Source: Mobula hypostoma (lineage: Eukaryota). From it: a stretch of 64,000 nucleotides of DNA. The notes beneath the pieces are model-generated. The model saw nothing but the letters and a program-made list of their open reading frames with translations. It was not told the origin of the DNA and did not search any database. Positions 51,080 through 63,865 of this stretch are shown one piece after another; within the stretch, counting starts at the first letter, position 1, and each line of letters begins with the position of its first letter. Location: contig NC_086097.1 in NCBI RefSeq assembly GCF_963921235.1, positions 171,184,001 through 171,248,000 of the forward strand. The letters run 5' to 3'. Both the position numbers and the translations under genes were made by a program.

Positions 51080-51835
51080 CTATTGTTGATAAAATCTCAG
51101 CTGCAACAAGGAGGCACACAAGAGTTAGATAGATGGGCTGATTGAGTTGAGTCGCTACAATAACCTAACATCAGCAAGTCCAAGGGATTGACTTTGGACT
51201 TCAGGATGAAGTTGGGAAGCACACAGCAACTCTCATTGAGGGGTCAGAGGTGGAACGGGAAAGCAGCTTTATGTCCCTGGGTGTCACGAAGAAGGCAAAC
51301 CTGTGGCTCTACTTTATTAGGAGTTTGAGGAGATTTGGAATGTCACCAAAGTCTCTTGCGAATTTCTACAGATATACAATGGAAAGAATTCAGACTGATT
51401 TCATCACAGCCTGATGTGAATGCTCCAATGCATATGATGGAAAGAGACTGCAGAGTACTGTAAATTCAGACAGTTTCATCAAAGGCACAACCCTCCCCAG
51501 CATCAAGGACATCTTCAAATGGTGGTGCTTCAAGTGGGCGGCATCGACCATTAAGAAGCCTCACGATCCAGGACATGCCCTCTTCTCATTAGTATAATCA
51601 AAGAGGAGGTACAGGAGCCTGAAAACCCTCAATAATTCTGAAACAGTTTCCTCTCTTCTGCCATCAGATTTTCGAATGGTCCGGTGAATCCATGAATACT
51701 ACCTCGTTAATCCTTTATTTTGCACTATTTATTTTGTAATTGATAGTAATTTTACATTTTTGTTGCTGTACTGTTGCTGCAAAATAATACATTTAATACC
51801 TTATAAGAACGTGATGACAAACCTGATTCAGAGTC
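51080..51835 (+). mobile_element. Degraded Rex1/Babar fragment
   Basis: ttgaggagatttgg…aatttctacagat…gaggtacaggagcctg remnants and a tail. Confidence 0.65.
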
Positions 51836-52719
51836 TGACCTCTTTTCAGCTTAGCCCTGTGCTGTAAATGTCTCTGTTGTGGGTATTGATCTCCCTCTGC
51901 CCACCCTATCCATGTGCATCAGAATACTGCTTACCCCCCACCCCCTGTCTCTTTGGCTCCAAGGAAACACAGCCCACATGATCTGGTCTCTTCTGGTATC
52001 TCAAACAGACTGAACACAATAGAAAAGTTACAATTAATAAAACTCAATACTTCTCTCAAATTTGTTCATCATCAGAAAAAAACATTAAAAATACAACAAT
52101 ATTGATTATCCTGTAATCAGGTTCTATTATAAGATTCATTTTTTATACAGAGTAATACTGTTTTATACTATATCCATGAAGGGCTCGTTCATCTTAATGC
52201 AGTTAATTATAGTTTCAAAATATGTTTGGATATAAATTTGAATTGTTCGCTGTTTGCCTACAGTAAATATTTGGTTGATCTGGATTAGACTGTGTAATCG
52301 CATTTCTGTGTATTAACAAGTGATTTACTTTGAAGTATTGCTGAGTAGCATGTAATGTCTATCTCCAATCTATCTGTGAGTCATCTGTGGCCTTGATCAG
52401 TGAACATGTCCGTGGTGCCAGTATTGCTTATGCTATTGGTTAGGATTTGTGGGATTTAAGCTCATACAGGAAAGTCAGGATGGTCTATGGCTTGGAGCAG
52501 ATGTTGGACTTGGTGGAGCTCCCACCTGCCTGCTTGGGTGGTAGAGGCTGTGAAATTGGGAGGACGACCTTTTACATGAGTTGCTAAGTCCTGAGGGCCA
52601 GTTGTTGGGAAAGCTTGGGCAGGCTGGAACCTTATTCCTGGGAATGTGGGGCACTGGCAAGTGACCTTACAGAGGTGTATTGATTCATAATGTACAGAGG
52701 TGTATTGAAATCAAACCCA

Positions 52720-53682
52720 CATCCATCACTTCTGCTGGCAGTTTGTTCACACACCCCATCACTCTCTAAGTGAAGAAGCTCCCCCTCATATTCCCTTTAA
52801 ACATTTCACCTTTCACCCTTAACCTATGGCCTCTCAATGTACTCTCACCCAATCTCAGTGGAAAAAAGCCTGCTTGCATTTACCCTATCTATACATCCCA
52901 TAATTTTGTATACCTCTATCTCCCCTCAGCCTTCTACATTCAAGGGAAAGTCCTAATCTATTCAACCTTTCCCTTTAACTCAGGTCCTCAAGTCTCTGTA
53001 ACATCCTTGTTAAATATTTTCTGTACTCTTTCAATCTTGTTTATAACTTTCCTGAAGGTAGATGACCAAAACTACACACAATACTTCAAATTTGGCCTCA
53101 CCAGCGTGAATACAATTTCAACATAACATCCCAGCTCCTGTACTCAGAACATTGATTTCTGAAGGCCAATGTGCCAAAAGCTTTCTTTATTACCTTATCA
53201 ACCTGTGACACCACTTTTAAGGATTTATGGATCTGTATTTTCAGATACTTCTGTTCTACCACACTCCTTGGTACCCATCTGTTTGTCATGTAAGATCTGC
53301 CCTGCTTGTCCTCCCAAAGTGCAACACCTCACACTTGTCTGCATTAAATTTCATCTGCTATTTTTCGGCCCATTTTCCCAGCTGGTCCATATCCCACTGC
53401 AAGCTTTGAAAGCCTTCCTCACTGTCCGCTACACCCTCACTATTGATGACATCCTCAAAATTTGCTGATCCAGTTTACCATATTATCAACCAAATCATTG
53501 ATATAGATGACAAACAACAATGGACCCAGCACCAATCCTTGTGGCACTCCAGTAATCAAAGGCCTCTGGTCGGACAGGCAGCTATCTACAACCACTCCCT
53601 GGTTTCTTCTGTGAAGCCGAAGTCTACTCCAATGTACTACCTCATCCTGAATGCCAAATGGCTGAACTTTCTTCACCAACCT
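52720..53682 (-). mobile_element. Degraded CR1 RT and C-terminal fragment
   Basis: ORF 53455..53691 has [23 protein letters not shown] 53098..53289 is homologous to 5301..5825. Confidence 0.85.
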
Positions 53683-55313
53683 CAATTTCAATTACAGGAT
53701 ACAAATATGCTAAAAAAAAGTCCTAAAGCTGCCCAATTCATGAGATTTTAAATATAGAATAAATAATTGATTTCATCCCAAATCAGAATAAAATGTTGCT
53801 CTCATTTCATTGAGAAATCTGCACCAAGTGACAGAAAGTCATTGAGCCACTCAGTTCTTCAAAGGGTTTTATCTATCAATACATTCTTGCCTTATTAGTC
53901 CTTCCAAAATATCTCATCCTACATTCTTGGGGCTTTAGTTGCATCTGCATTTTCTCTACCCTTTCTGATCCATGACTGTCTACAAGAGTGAAAGAAGGAT
54001 TGAACTGTAAAGCACCAAGATCTTGCTGGGCAAGGTCATGTGATACCTCAGTCAGGGGCTGTACTGCTCAAGGATAATATTCCACTTGTGAGGAGCTTTC
54101 AGCTCTCATTGGAAGTCCCGTGAACTGAAACACTTCATGAATTATGGTCAAATAACTTAAAGGCATTCATAAAAGTGAAATTAAAACATGTGATTTCACA
54201 ACTGTTTATACCTTGTGTGTTTCGAATGCACTGCTGTATGACAGGTGCATAAACATAACATAGGAAGGGTGCAGCTTGCAATGTGGCTATGTTATTTTGA
54301 CAACAGAAGATAAGATGAGCTAAGAAGTATCTGGTATTTGATCCTGTATAGCACAAATAATTGCAATGACAACTGGATCAAATCCAGACAAGACCGTGTC
54401 CTACTGGTTTCATGTCGGATTGATCTTGCCTTTTCTTAACAGCAATAACCCTGGTTAGGACCCTCATGAATTTAAATAAAAGCAGCACAGTATTACTGCA
54501 AGATTAGAAAGAAAACTGATGATTTACACCATTATTTTAAAAGCCATGATATTAACAACTAAAGCAAAGTTTATTTGCAATTATAGTTGTAATAATAATA
54601 ATATCTACAATGGTAGGATCTGATTTTAAAGATGAGGAAGAGTTCTGTTGCTATGGTTCTACCTTTAGAATAGTATAATACAGGAATTAGGAATAGGAGG
54701 AGGCCACTTGACCACTCAAGCTGCTCCACCCATCAATAAGATTATGGTGACAGATATTTGTCTCAATTCTGTCTTCCTGCCAGCCACCCACAACCATTAT
54801 CTCCTGTGTAGATTAAAAATCAACCTGTCTCTCCTCTGGGAGGAATTTTCAGGGAATGGTGAATACTGCCCAGTTCATCATAAGCTTGTCACTCCTTTCC
54901 ATCTAGTCGATCTTCATGCTGTGTTACTTCAGGAAGGCTAACATCATTGTCGATGATACCTGCTACCCCTGGCCATTCTCTTTTCTCACTGTTTATATTC
55001 TTGGAAAAGATACAGGAACTAAGAAGCCCCGAAACTAGGCTCAGGAACAACATTTTCCCTGCTGCTATCAGACTCCTGAGTGAATCACATCCCCTACATT
55101 CTTAAACCTTTAATTTCTACTTATTTCGGTTATTCCATTATTATCACTTTTGCATTTCTTTTTGCCCGAGCTCAGTTTTTATCACTGTACTATGCACCAT
55201 TCTGTTTTGTTCTCATCACCGTATGTATGTTTCTAATGATCATTATCATATGTTCTGTTTACTGTGTGAGCTAGTCACAAACAAGGAATTTCACTGCATC
55301 CCAAGCATATGAC

Positions 55314-56453
55314 TGTTACCAGGATTTAACCCAAAATGATAATGATCAGTTAGGCAAAGAGAGAATCCGTATTTACTGTCAAGCACCTTTCAAAGTTCAA
55401 AGTAAATTTCTTATCAAACTACATGTACATCACAATAGGCAACCCTAAGATTTGTTTTCTTGCAGGCATATTCAGGAAATCCAAGAAATACAATAGAATC
55501 AGGGAAAGACTGAATCCAACAGTATGGACAAAGAACCGATGTGCCAAGACCAGCAAACTGTGCAAATACAAAAGAGAAAATTATTAATAAATAAATAAAT
55601 AAGCAATAACTATCCAGAACATGAGATAAAAAGTCATTGAAAGTCAGTCCACAGGTTGTGGGAGAAAAGAGCATGGCTCAGTTGGTAAACTCATGAATTT
55701 ACAGAACTACGACTGTGTATGCACATCCACTAGGTTTCCCTGACCGACCGTGGACAAGCAAAAAGAGAAAAGGTAATACCCTGGAAATGGAGTCTACACT
55801 GGCCAGGCTTTCTTCTTGATCAGGATGTTGTCTGCATGTCTTTGATGTGGGGTCATCAGCTTCTGCGATGGTTGGTCTCCACACAGTTGTCACTGCCTAT
55901 ACTCCCAAAGTACTATATTCTAATTCTTTTCCATATCAGATCAATCTATGATGGTTCAATTTTGTTGGCTTAAGGTCATTTGACTGACCTGTATCAGATC
56001 CTTACTGGAAGTAGCCCATAGCTATAAGCAGTATTGCTTTATGGCTCTTCCTTCAGCCTTGTGCCTTAGGTACTTCCTTTTGTTCTTTCCAACAAAAAAA
56101 AAAGTGGTTCAAGCAAGTTCAACCAGGTGAGACAAACATTAGGCACAGCCATCCAGATAACAGGCTGTTACTTCTGTAAACCTACGTTTCGCATAGATCT
56201 TCTTATCCTAAAATGGTTTCTGCAGAAAACTCATTGTGTCAATGCTTAGTTCCTCTGATTAAGTTATCCCTGACCAAGAACCAGGTCACCAAACAGTTCA
56301 CAAAATGGTGGCTGCAAGAACAGTCTCACAAAATGGCTGCCTCCATTCCTGCAACCACTTGGCAAAAACAAAGACTTTTGCATTGTCTGTTTCCACTGCC
56401 CTTGCCTCATTCCTGTTCACTGATTTGTATATTATAGTTCTTTCTGGCCAACA
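55314..56453. repeat. Unclassified interspersed repeat, copy 2, with a Rex-type tail inserted at about 55390-55665
   Basis: Colinear with 46646-47505. Termini TGTTAC…GGCCAACA. Interrupts a LINE tail at …CATATGAC^TAACAAATCTGAA. Confidence 0.7.
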
Positions 56454-57551
56454 TAACAAATCTGAAGGTGAATATATTCAGCGATGTAATCTTCTAGCAT
56501 GATGAAGAAGGGAACAATATAAAAAAATAAATTTCAACTGTGAGACCCCCAGTTTAGATTTCCCCATCAGGACAAATGTTCCTTTAGAAATTCCCTCATG
56601 CTCTTATGTGTTTTAGTAGGATCACCTTACATTCTCATGTATCACCAAAATTTTCCATTACTTCAGATACTTACATTTCAAAGTTGGCAGCTGATATAAA
56701 TACTTAAATAATAAGAAAAATGGGTAAAGCAAACTGTAAAAATAAATAAAATAAGATCAGTAAATGTTTCACAGTTCCGATGAAAGTTTATCATAACATT
56801 AACTCTGTTTTTCTCACAGATGCCACCTGACTTGCTGAATATCTGGAGCATTTTCGTTTTCTTTTTCAGATTCATGGTACTGTGTTTCTTTTTCCAGTTT
56901 TCAAGAATTGGGATTTCCTAGCAGGACCAGCATTCATAGCCAATTCCTAATTATCTATAAGAAGATAACAGTGAGTTATCTTCTTGTTTCACTTTAGTAC
57001 ATATGGTGAATAATTCCGTAGTTCTGTATGCAGGGTGTAAGGAGTTGGGATGATCAGACCCAAACTATTTGCGTGTCCAGGAGATGTGGTAATAAGCATA
57101 CAAGCACAAGAAAGTAACTAAGCTATATTTATTATCATAAAATAGAAAGCTCAAATAAATCACACAAAATACTATGTAGTAAGTTACAAAGACTTCCACA
57201 TAGATTTCAGGGCTCACAATTCTTAGTCGCCACTTGACCGTCGCTGTTGTCAGGCAAACTCTGAGTTCTGACTCGTGAAGTCACCCTGGTTCTTCTGCAC
57301 CTATCATGATTCCTCAGTCTAGGCGAAGTCTAAAAAGAAGAGGAAGGTACCCCAATAAATAGGAGTTCCACAAGCATAGAGAGGCACACAGGGACAGACA
57401 AACTCTTTGATCTTTTGTTCTCATGTCTCTAACTCCGTATGGTTTTTGTAGGAGTTTGACAAGTGTAGAAAGATACACAGAGATGGACAAACTCTAACAA
57501 CAGGAATTCTGCAGATGCTGGAAATTCAAGCAACACACATAAAAGTTGTAT

Positions 57552-58519
57552 CACCAGACGGAGAAACAGCAGTGTTCGAGCTCCTAGCTGGTGTGCTGCA
57601 AGGAGACACTCTGGCACCCTACATCTTTATAATCGTCCCTGATTACGCTCTGCGTCAAGCTACCAAAGATCATGACTAGCTTGATTTTACCAGTAAACCA
57701 GGGTTAAACAAAAGAGTCAGACCAGTTACGTTCACAGATCTAGATTTTGCCGATGACATAGTCCTGCTCTCTGACCAGATGGAGGAAGCACAGCAGCTGC
57801 TGTCAAAAGTAGAAATTGAGTGCAGTAGAGTTGCACTTCACCTAAATGCTAAAAAAACAGAGTACATGGCGTTTAACTGCGACGAAGGTACTCTCAAGAC
57901 CATAGAGAATGATACCATTAAGAATGTCTTTGACTTCAAGTACCTCGGGTCAAGAATGATGAGTTTGGAGAAGGACATAAAGATACGGAAGGCGCTGGCG
58001 TGGAGGGCTATGAACGACATGAAGGAAATCTGGAGGTCGAACCTGACCGAAGGGCTTAAAAAGAGGATTTTCATAGCAGTCATAGAGTCCATTCTCATGT
58101 ACGGATGCGAGACGCGGATACTCACCAAGACGATGCGAAAGTCTCTAGATGGTTGCTATACACGAAAGCTCCGGATGGCTCTTGGCGTGAGTTGGCAACA
58201 GCACATGACGAACATCGAGCTCTATAACAACCTACCGATGCTCACCACTAAAATCAAGGCGAGAAGACTGCAACTAGTGGGGCACTGTCTACGCCACCCC
58301 GAGCTATTTGCCAGCCTAATCATCATATGGGAGCCCAAGCACGGGAGAATGAATCCTGGGCACCCTCCCAAGACTATGGTCAACACGCTCCCAGAAGATA
58401 GCGGCGCGGCTAATGTAGGTGAACTGAAAAACTGATGAGGGAGAGGGAGAAGTGGAGAGTCCGTCATCGTACCTGACGCCGGCCCCCTAGGCCTGAGTCG
58501 ACATAGTAGTAGTAATAGT
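57552..58519 (+). mobile_element. 5'-truncated RTE-like LINE
   Basis: My translation from 57551 gives SPDGET…GVLQGDTLAPYIFII…LDFADD. ORF 57779..58435 has LNAKKTEYM…FKYLGS…ILMYGCET…GHCLRH. Tail (TAG)n, candidate TSD AGTTGTAT at 57544-57551 and 58520-58527. Confidence 0.8.
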
Positions 58520-59554
58520 AGTTGTATGTGGTGAGATGTATGTCCTCTACTCTGATAATAAATTTTACTTTTAACTTTGAACTTTGAAGTTTATTTCATA
58601 GAACAGAAAACGCAGATGAGATTGTAAACAACCTTGGACTGTTTCTTTTCTATTCTATTTTCATATAAATTTAATTACTAATGAAGTTTATCTTGAAATT
58701 TAAAAAAATCTTTTTCCCCACAATTGCTGCCTGGTCCACTGAGTTTTTGCAGTTTTCTGTTTTATTTCGGACCTTGCTCTGTTTTTGACTGGATTGTTGG
58801 GAGTACATCATGGAATTTTAAGGCTGTGGCACCATGCAGGTGAAAACCATTAAGGTGATAGTTTGAGAGGTCCATAAGAGTCCAAAGGAGAAATAATATG
58901 TAATTACTGTGATTTTAATTATAATAACTTCTGCTAATGCCTCCAGAGTTTTATTAACCATTAAACACTTTTCCTTAATTTTTGAGACAGATTACCCTCA
59001 GCGTATCTGGAAACACAGTTTCTGTTTTATCTTCTGTGACAGGTACCACAGATCATAAGCTTTGATGCTTTCTGGGATACATGATAAGATCCAAACTTCT
59101 GGTAAATCCTTCTGCCTAATCCTGCCCAGATCCAAAATGTCAGCCCTGAGGCAGCAGCAGAGTCAGTTCTACTTTTTAATTAGCTTTTCCTTTTGAACAA
59201 ATACTACAAGGGTAACTTTCTGCATTACATGTACGTTAATTCAGTAATCACGATCTCAGGCAATAATCTACTAACATAACTTGCCTACAGCACAGCAGGT
59301 TTTTCAGGGAGACTGCTCCTATGACATTTCGCAAACCCGTTGCTTTTGCAAGTAACCAATGAAATTTCAAATAATAAAAAGCAGCAAAGTGTGAACCCTG
59401 AAAATGACAGCAATGTTGTTAAACCCAGCCGGAATGGGAATAAATCACACTCAGTCATATCTGTGTATTACACTGGCCTGTCATATACTGTTCTATTTAT
59501 GCCACTATCCTCCACTCACTGCTCTCTGCTGGAATAATCAACCATTTTTATTCC

Positions 59555-59985
59555 AGTGCCTATATACCTCCATCCCCAACCAGGAAGGTCTCAAAGCTCT
59601 CCACTTCTTTTTGGATTCCAGACCTAACCAGTTCCCCTCTACCACCACCCTCCTCCGTCTAGCGGAATTAGTCCTTACTCTCAATAATTTCTCCTTTGGC
59701 TCTTCCCACTTCCTCCAAATTAAAGGTGTAGCCATGGGCACCCGTATGGGTCCCAGCTATGCCTGCCTTTTCGTTGGCTTTGTGGAACAGTCCATGTTCC
59801 AAGCCTATTCTGGTATCGGTCCCCCACTTTTCCTTCGCTACATTGACGACTGCATTGGCGCTGCCTCCTGCACGCATGCTGAGCTCGTTGACTTCATTAA
59901 CTTTGCCTCCAACTTTCACCCTGCCCTCAAATTTACCTGGTCCATTTCTGACACCTCCCTCCCCTTTCTTGATCTTTCTGTCTCT
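59555..59985 (+). mobile_element. Penelope-like element RT fragment, interrupted by the Gypsy element
   Basis: ORF 59404..60033 has LYTSIP, QIKGVAMGTRMGPSYACLF, FLRYIDD, HPALKFT and LPFLDL, the Penelope-type RT signature. Confidence 0.9.
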
Positions 59986-60834
59986 TGTGACGAGAATACA
60001 CATAAAATTAAGATGTTTGCTGGCCTGGGTTAGCATCAGTGACATCAGCAAGTGGTCTGCCACCTGCCCTCAGGGGAAGGAGAGATAAGGAACAATGGAG
60101 CAGCGTCTGGAGATGTGTAATGAAGGGACGGGGGAGAGAGAGCTGTCTGGAGCGGCTCCCCCCTTTTGAACCTTGAACTGTTTGAAGTGATGGACAGGCG
60201 ATGCCCCAGCAGGGGGATAAAAAGGGACCGGTTCGCTAAGGCAGGACACACGACACCTGAGGTAACGAGACCTTGGAAGTGGTACGCCTCTCACGAGTCG
60301 GTGAGAAGTATCAGACAACGCCCGGGGTGGAAAGGTACGATCAGCGGGAACCCGGTGTGTGTCCGCCCTTGCTTGGGTGCCGGGTTCACTGCAGAGGATC
60401 GACCGCATCTGGAGGAGGGGTCACAGTCGGTGACCTCAGGTGACATCACCAAGGACCCGCCCAAAATCGCCGGTCTGTGAGTGAAGCCGTGTCTGAATGA
60501 TCAGTTGTTCCTGTTCCCTCTCTCTCTCCCCCCACGTTGTCCATCGCCATGGCAACGATTACTGCGAACTGAACTACTAAACTGGACTGAACTTTGAGTC
60601 ACTTTGAAATTTGGTCATTTACCCCCAGACAACGATAGAGCTTGATTGATGCTGTTATCTTAATTCTGTGCACATGTGTGTTTATCATTGCTGAACTGTT
60701 GCATTTATTATCCTTTCGATTACTGTGTTGCTTATTTCTTTAATAAAACTTTCTTAGTTCTAGTACTCCAGACTCCAACTGAGTGATCCATTTCTGCTGG
60801 TTTGGCAACCCAGTTACGGGGTACGTAACATAAG

Positions 60835-60852
60835 TGGGGGCTCGTCCGGGAT
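60835..60852 (+). promoter_or_regulatory. tRNA-Pro primer-binding site
   Basis: TGGGGGCTCGTCCGGGAT, identical to the known 18-nt Pro PBS, 4 nt after the LTR. Confidence 0.92.
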
Positions 60853-60928
60853 TTTGAACGCTAAATTTGGGACAGAGTAAATTGATTGGGTTAAAATTCC
60901 CGAAAGAAAGAAAAGGCAAACAGCAGAA

Positions 60929-62220
60929 ATGGAGGCTGAGGAATTTATAAAGGCGCCGACCTTGGAGGCATTAGAGGATGCCAGAAAATCGGAATTGGTA
61001 GCTGTGGCCAAACGGTTGAATCTTGCTAAGGTGAAGTCGACAATGAGGAGAGAGGAGATACACAGAGCTATTGTAGAGCACTATATATCTAAAGGTGTGT
61101 TTCCCCAAGGTGAGCTGGGGGTGGTGTCTATTGAAAAACCTGCTGGAGACGCGGTACAGGTACAGCTTGAAAAACTGAGACTCGAGCACGAGTTCCGGGT
61201 ACGGCAGTTAGAACACGAAGAGAAGGAGAGAGAGTTAGAAAGGCAAGAGAGAGAAAGACAGTTGGAGAGAGAAGAGAAAGAGAGGGACAGACAGTTAGAG
61301 AGAGAGGAGAAAGAGAGGGACAGACAATTGGAGAGAGAGGAGAAACAGAGGGAAAGGGAATTTGAGCTGGAGAAGTTAAAGATAAGGGCCGAGCAGGGGC
61401 TCGTGCCGAACCAAGGTGGAGGGTTCCGGGCGACCCAGGAGGTTAGGCTGGTTCCCCCATTTGACGATACCGACATGGATCGGTACTTTCTCCACTTCGA
61501 AGAAGTGGCTATAAGTCAGGACTGGCCGAGGGATAAGTGGGTTGTCTTACTTCAGAGTGTACTGAAAGGGAAAGCCCAACAAGCTTACTCAGCTTTGTCC
61601 ACGGAAGATGCCCAGAGGTATGAGGTGGTGAAAGAGGCCATCCTCAGGATTTATGAGTTGGTCCTGGAGGCATACCGGCAGAGGTTCCGGAATGCGAGGA
61701 AACAGTGGGACCGCACGTATTTGGAGTTTGCCCGTGAGATGCAAACATATTGTGAGCGTTGCTGTGCCTCGAAGGGGGTAGAGGGGGATTATGACAGACT
61801 GCTGCAGCTGATCCTGATTGAGCAGTTTAAAGGTTGTGTCCCTGAGGGTATGAGACCCTACCTCGATGAGAAAGAGGCAGCCACGATAGCCGCAACTGCT
61901 AAGTTAGCGGATGAGTATGCGTTGACGCATAAAATGAAGTTTGCCCGAGTAAAGGCTACCAGAAGGGTAGTCAGGACGGCGGGGAGAGTCCGCCGGAAAA
62001 GTCAGAAAGTAAGCCGGGGACTAGTGAAAAGGATAAGGTAGACGGGGAGCAGTCTGGTCGGAAGTCTCCTGGGGTCGTCTGTTATAATTGTGGGAAAGTC
62101 GGACACTTTGCGTCCAGGTGCTTTGCCCCAAAGAAGGAGACGGGAAAAGGAAAAACAGCAATGTTGAATGGCCGTATCGAGCTGTTAAGCGAACCGCTAG
62201 GGAAGGACAGGTCTGAAAAA
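60929..62220 (+). pseudogene. Gag with coiled-coil repeat, SCAN-like capsid domain and zinc knuckle, frameshift near 61940
   Basis: ORF 60929..62041 has (ERDRQLEREEK)-type repeats, VPPF…YF..FE…WP, and EAYRQRFR…LILIEQF. A shifted frame gives CYNCGKVGHFASRC at about 62079-62120. Confidence 0.85.
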
Positions 62221-62260
62221 GTCCAGGAAGAAGCGCGAGAGGTTTATCTCGGCCGGACTG

Positions 62261-63865
62261 GTGTCAGTGAAGGAGAGGTTAAAACCAGTTCCAGTGTGGA
62301 TCTGGAGAGACACGGGAGCGTGTCAGTCACTAATACTGAAGAGTGTATTAGAGTTTAGCTCAGAGACTGAGACTGGGGAGGTAGAGGTCAAAGGTGTTGG
62401 GGAAGGGACAGAGTCAGTCCCTTTGCACCAGATACACTTACAGAGCAACCTGGTCTCTGGACTAGTCACGATCGGGGTGAGGTCCGAATTACCGATGAAA
62501 GACGTGGAAGTCTTGCTCGGTAATGACATCGCCGGAGGAATCGTGTTCCCAGTCGTGAGATTGACAGGTCAGCCCGCCAGCATTGAGGCCCCGCCCATGG
62601 ACTCACAGGTTCATCACGGGCCCGCGATAGTGAATTTAGCTGAAACATTTCTGCCAACCTTGTATGAGACAAGGGGTAGTGAGGGAGCTGGGACGAACGT
62701 AGCAGTAGCCAGGAAAGAATTTGTGCAGACGCAGGAGCGAGACGAGGGGCTGATGGTTTTGGCAGAGACCGCTCTCTCTGACACAGCCTTGACAAGCTAT
62801 TGTGCGGAGGAGGAAGTGCTAAGGAAGAAAGGGAAATCAAGTACAGTATCCGCAGATGAGGAATGGGGGGTGGTGCAAAAGAGTTATGGAGATGAGGTTT
62901 TTAACATGGCCCACGAGGTACCCCCCGGTGAACATTTTGCGGTGCTGGAGGAAACAGTTGGTGGAATCATGAAAGAGATTTACCGGCTGCCCAGGGGGAA
63001 AAATGTTATTGATCATGACCGACGCGAACTGAGACGATCACCGGCTTTTGATATGCTAACAAACCTAGTCGGTGTTAGCGTGGAAATCAATGAAGCTAGG
63101 GGCCCCCTGATAAGAGGAAAAAAACATTTTGAAAAGATTAGTGTGGGATCGATCAGATGGGAGAAGGCTATTGTTTTGGCCAGGTCTACTGATAAGGTCT
63201 CTCCCTTAATCCCCGAACAAAGCGAATCTTTAGAAGAAGTAATTAAACGACTCGTGCCCGTGTGTTTGATTGTCCCGAGGAAATGCAAAGAACTGGGACG
63301 TTGGGTGATGTCTGTTACAATAGGGCAGCCTAGTAAAGAACACGCATATATAATGAGTAATTCAGTGACTAAAGGGCTGATGAACACAGAGGTGTGTATT
63401 GGCAATTTAATATGGCTGTCTGAAGCCAGCTTGATAGTGAACCTTGAAAAAAAAATGAATTCGGCCACACGAGGGTCACTTACCTGGGAATTGTCGTGAC
63501 ACAGGGGCAGCTGGCAGCGATGCAAGCTACAGTGCAGGCTATCGCTGACCTCCCAACCCCGACAGACAAGAGGGCCCTCAGAAGGCTCTTGGAGATGGTG
63601 GGGTACTGCAGGAAGTTTTGCAATAACTCTGCGGTCAATACCCGTCCCCCTCCTACTAAGCCCTTGCGAGAGAAAACTGAGTCGGAATGGGACGACCCTT
63701 GTTATTGTGGTCCGGGACAAAACCAAATGAGAGGTTACATTGGTCGCAATTCATCAGTGTTTTTGGCCACTATGAAGTTTGCTGAGTTGGAGCCTGGTCT
63801 AAGGGATTATTAATAACACGTGTAAAAGGGACAGAAAATGTGATGACTGTCTGTCAAGGTGTTGA
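62261..63865 (+). pseudogene. Protease followed by patchwork pol remnants
   Basis: WRDTGACQSLI and LLGNDI (protease), AHE…GEH (integrase zinc-binding remnant), SLIVNLEK, LEMVGYCRKFC and the terminal HVKGTENVMTDCLSRC* (RT/RNase H remnants). Confidence 0.75.

Noticed and set aside
57036..57499. Possible ~460-bp solo LTR (TGTAAG…CTAACA)
   Set aside because: Single copy in the window, no clear TSD, and the right end overlaps a Penelope terminus.
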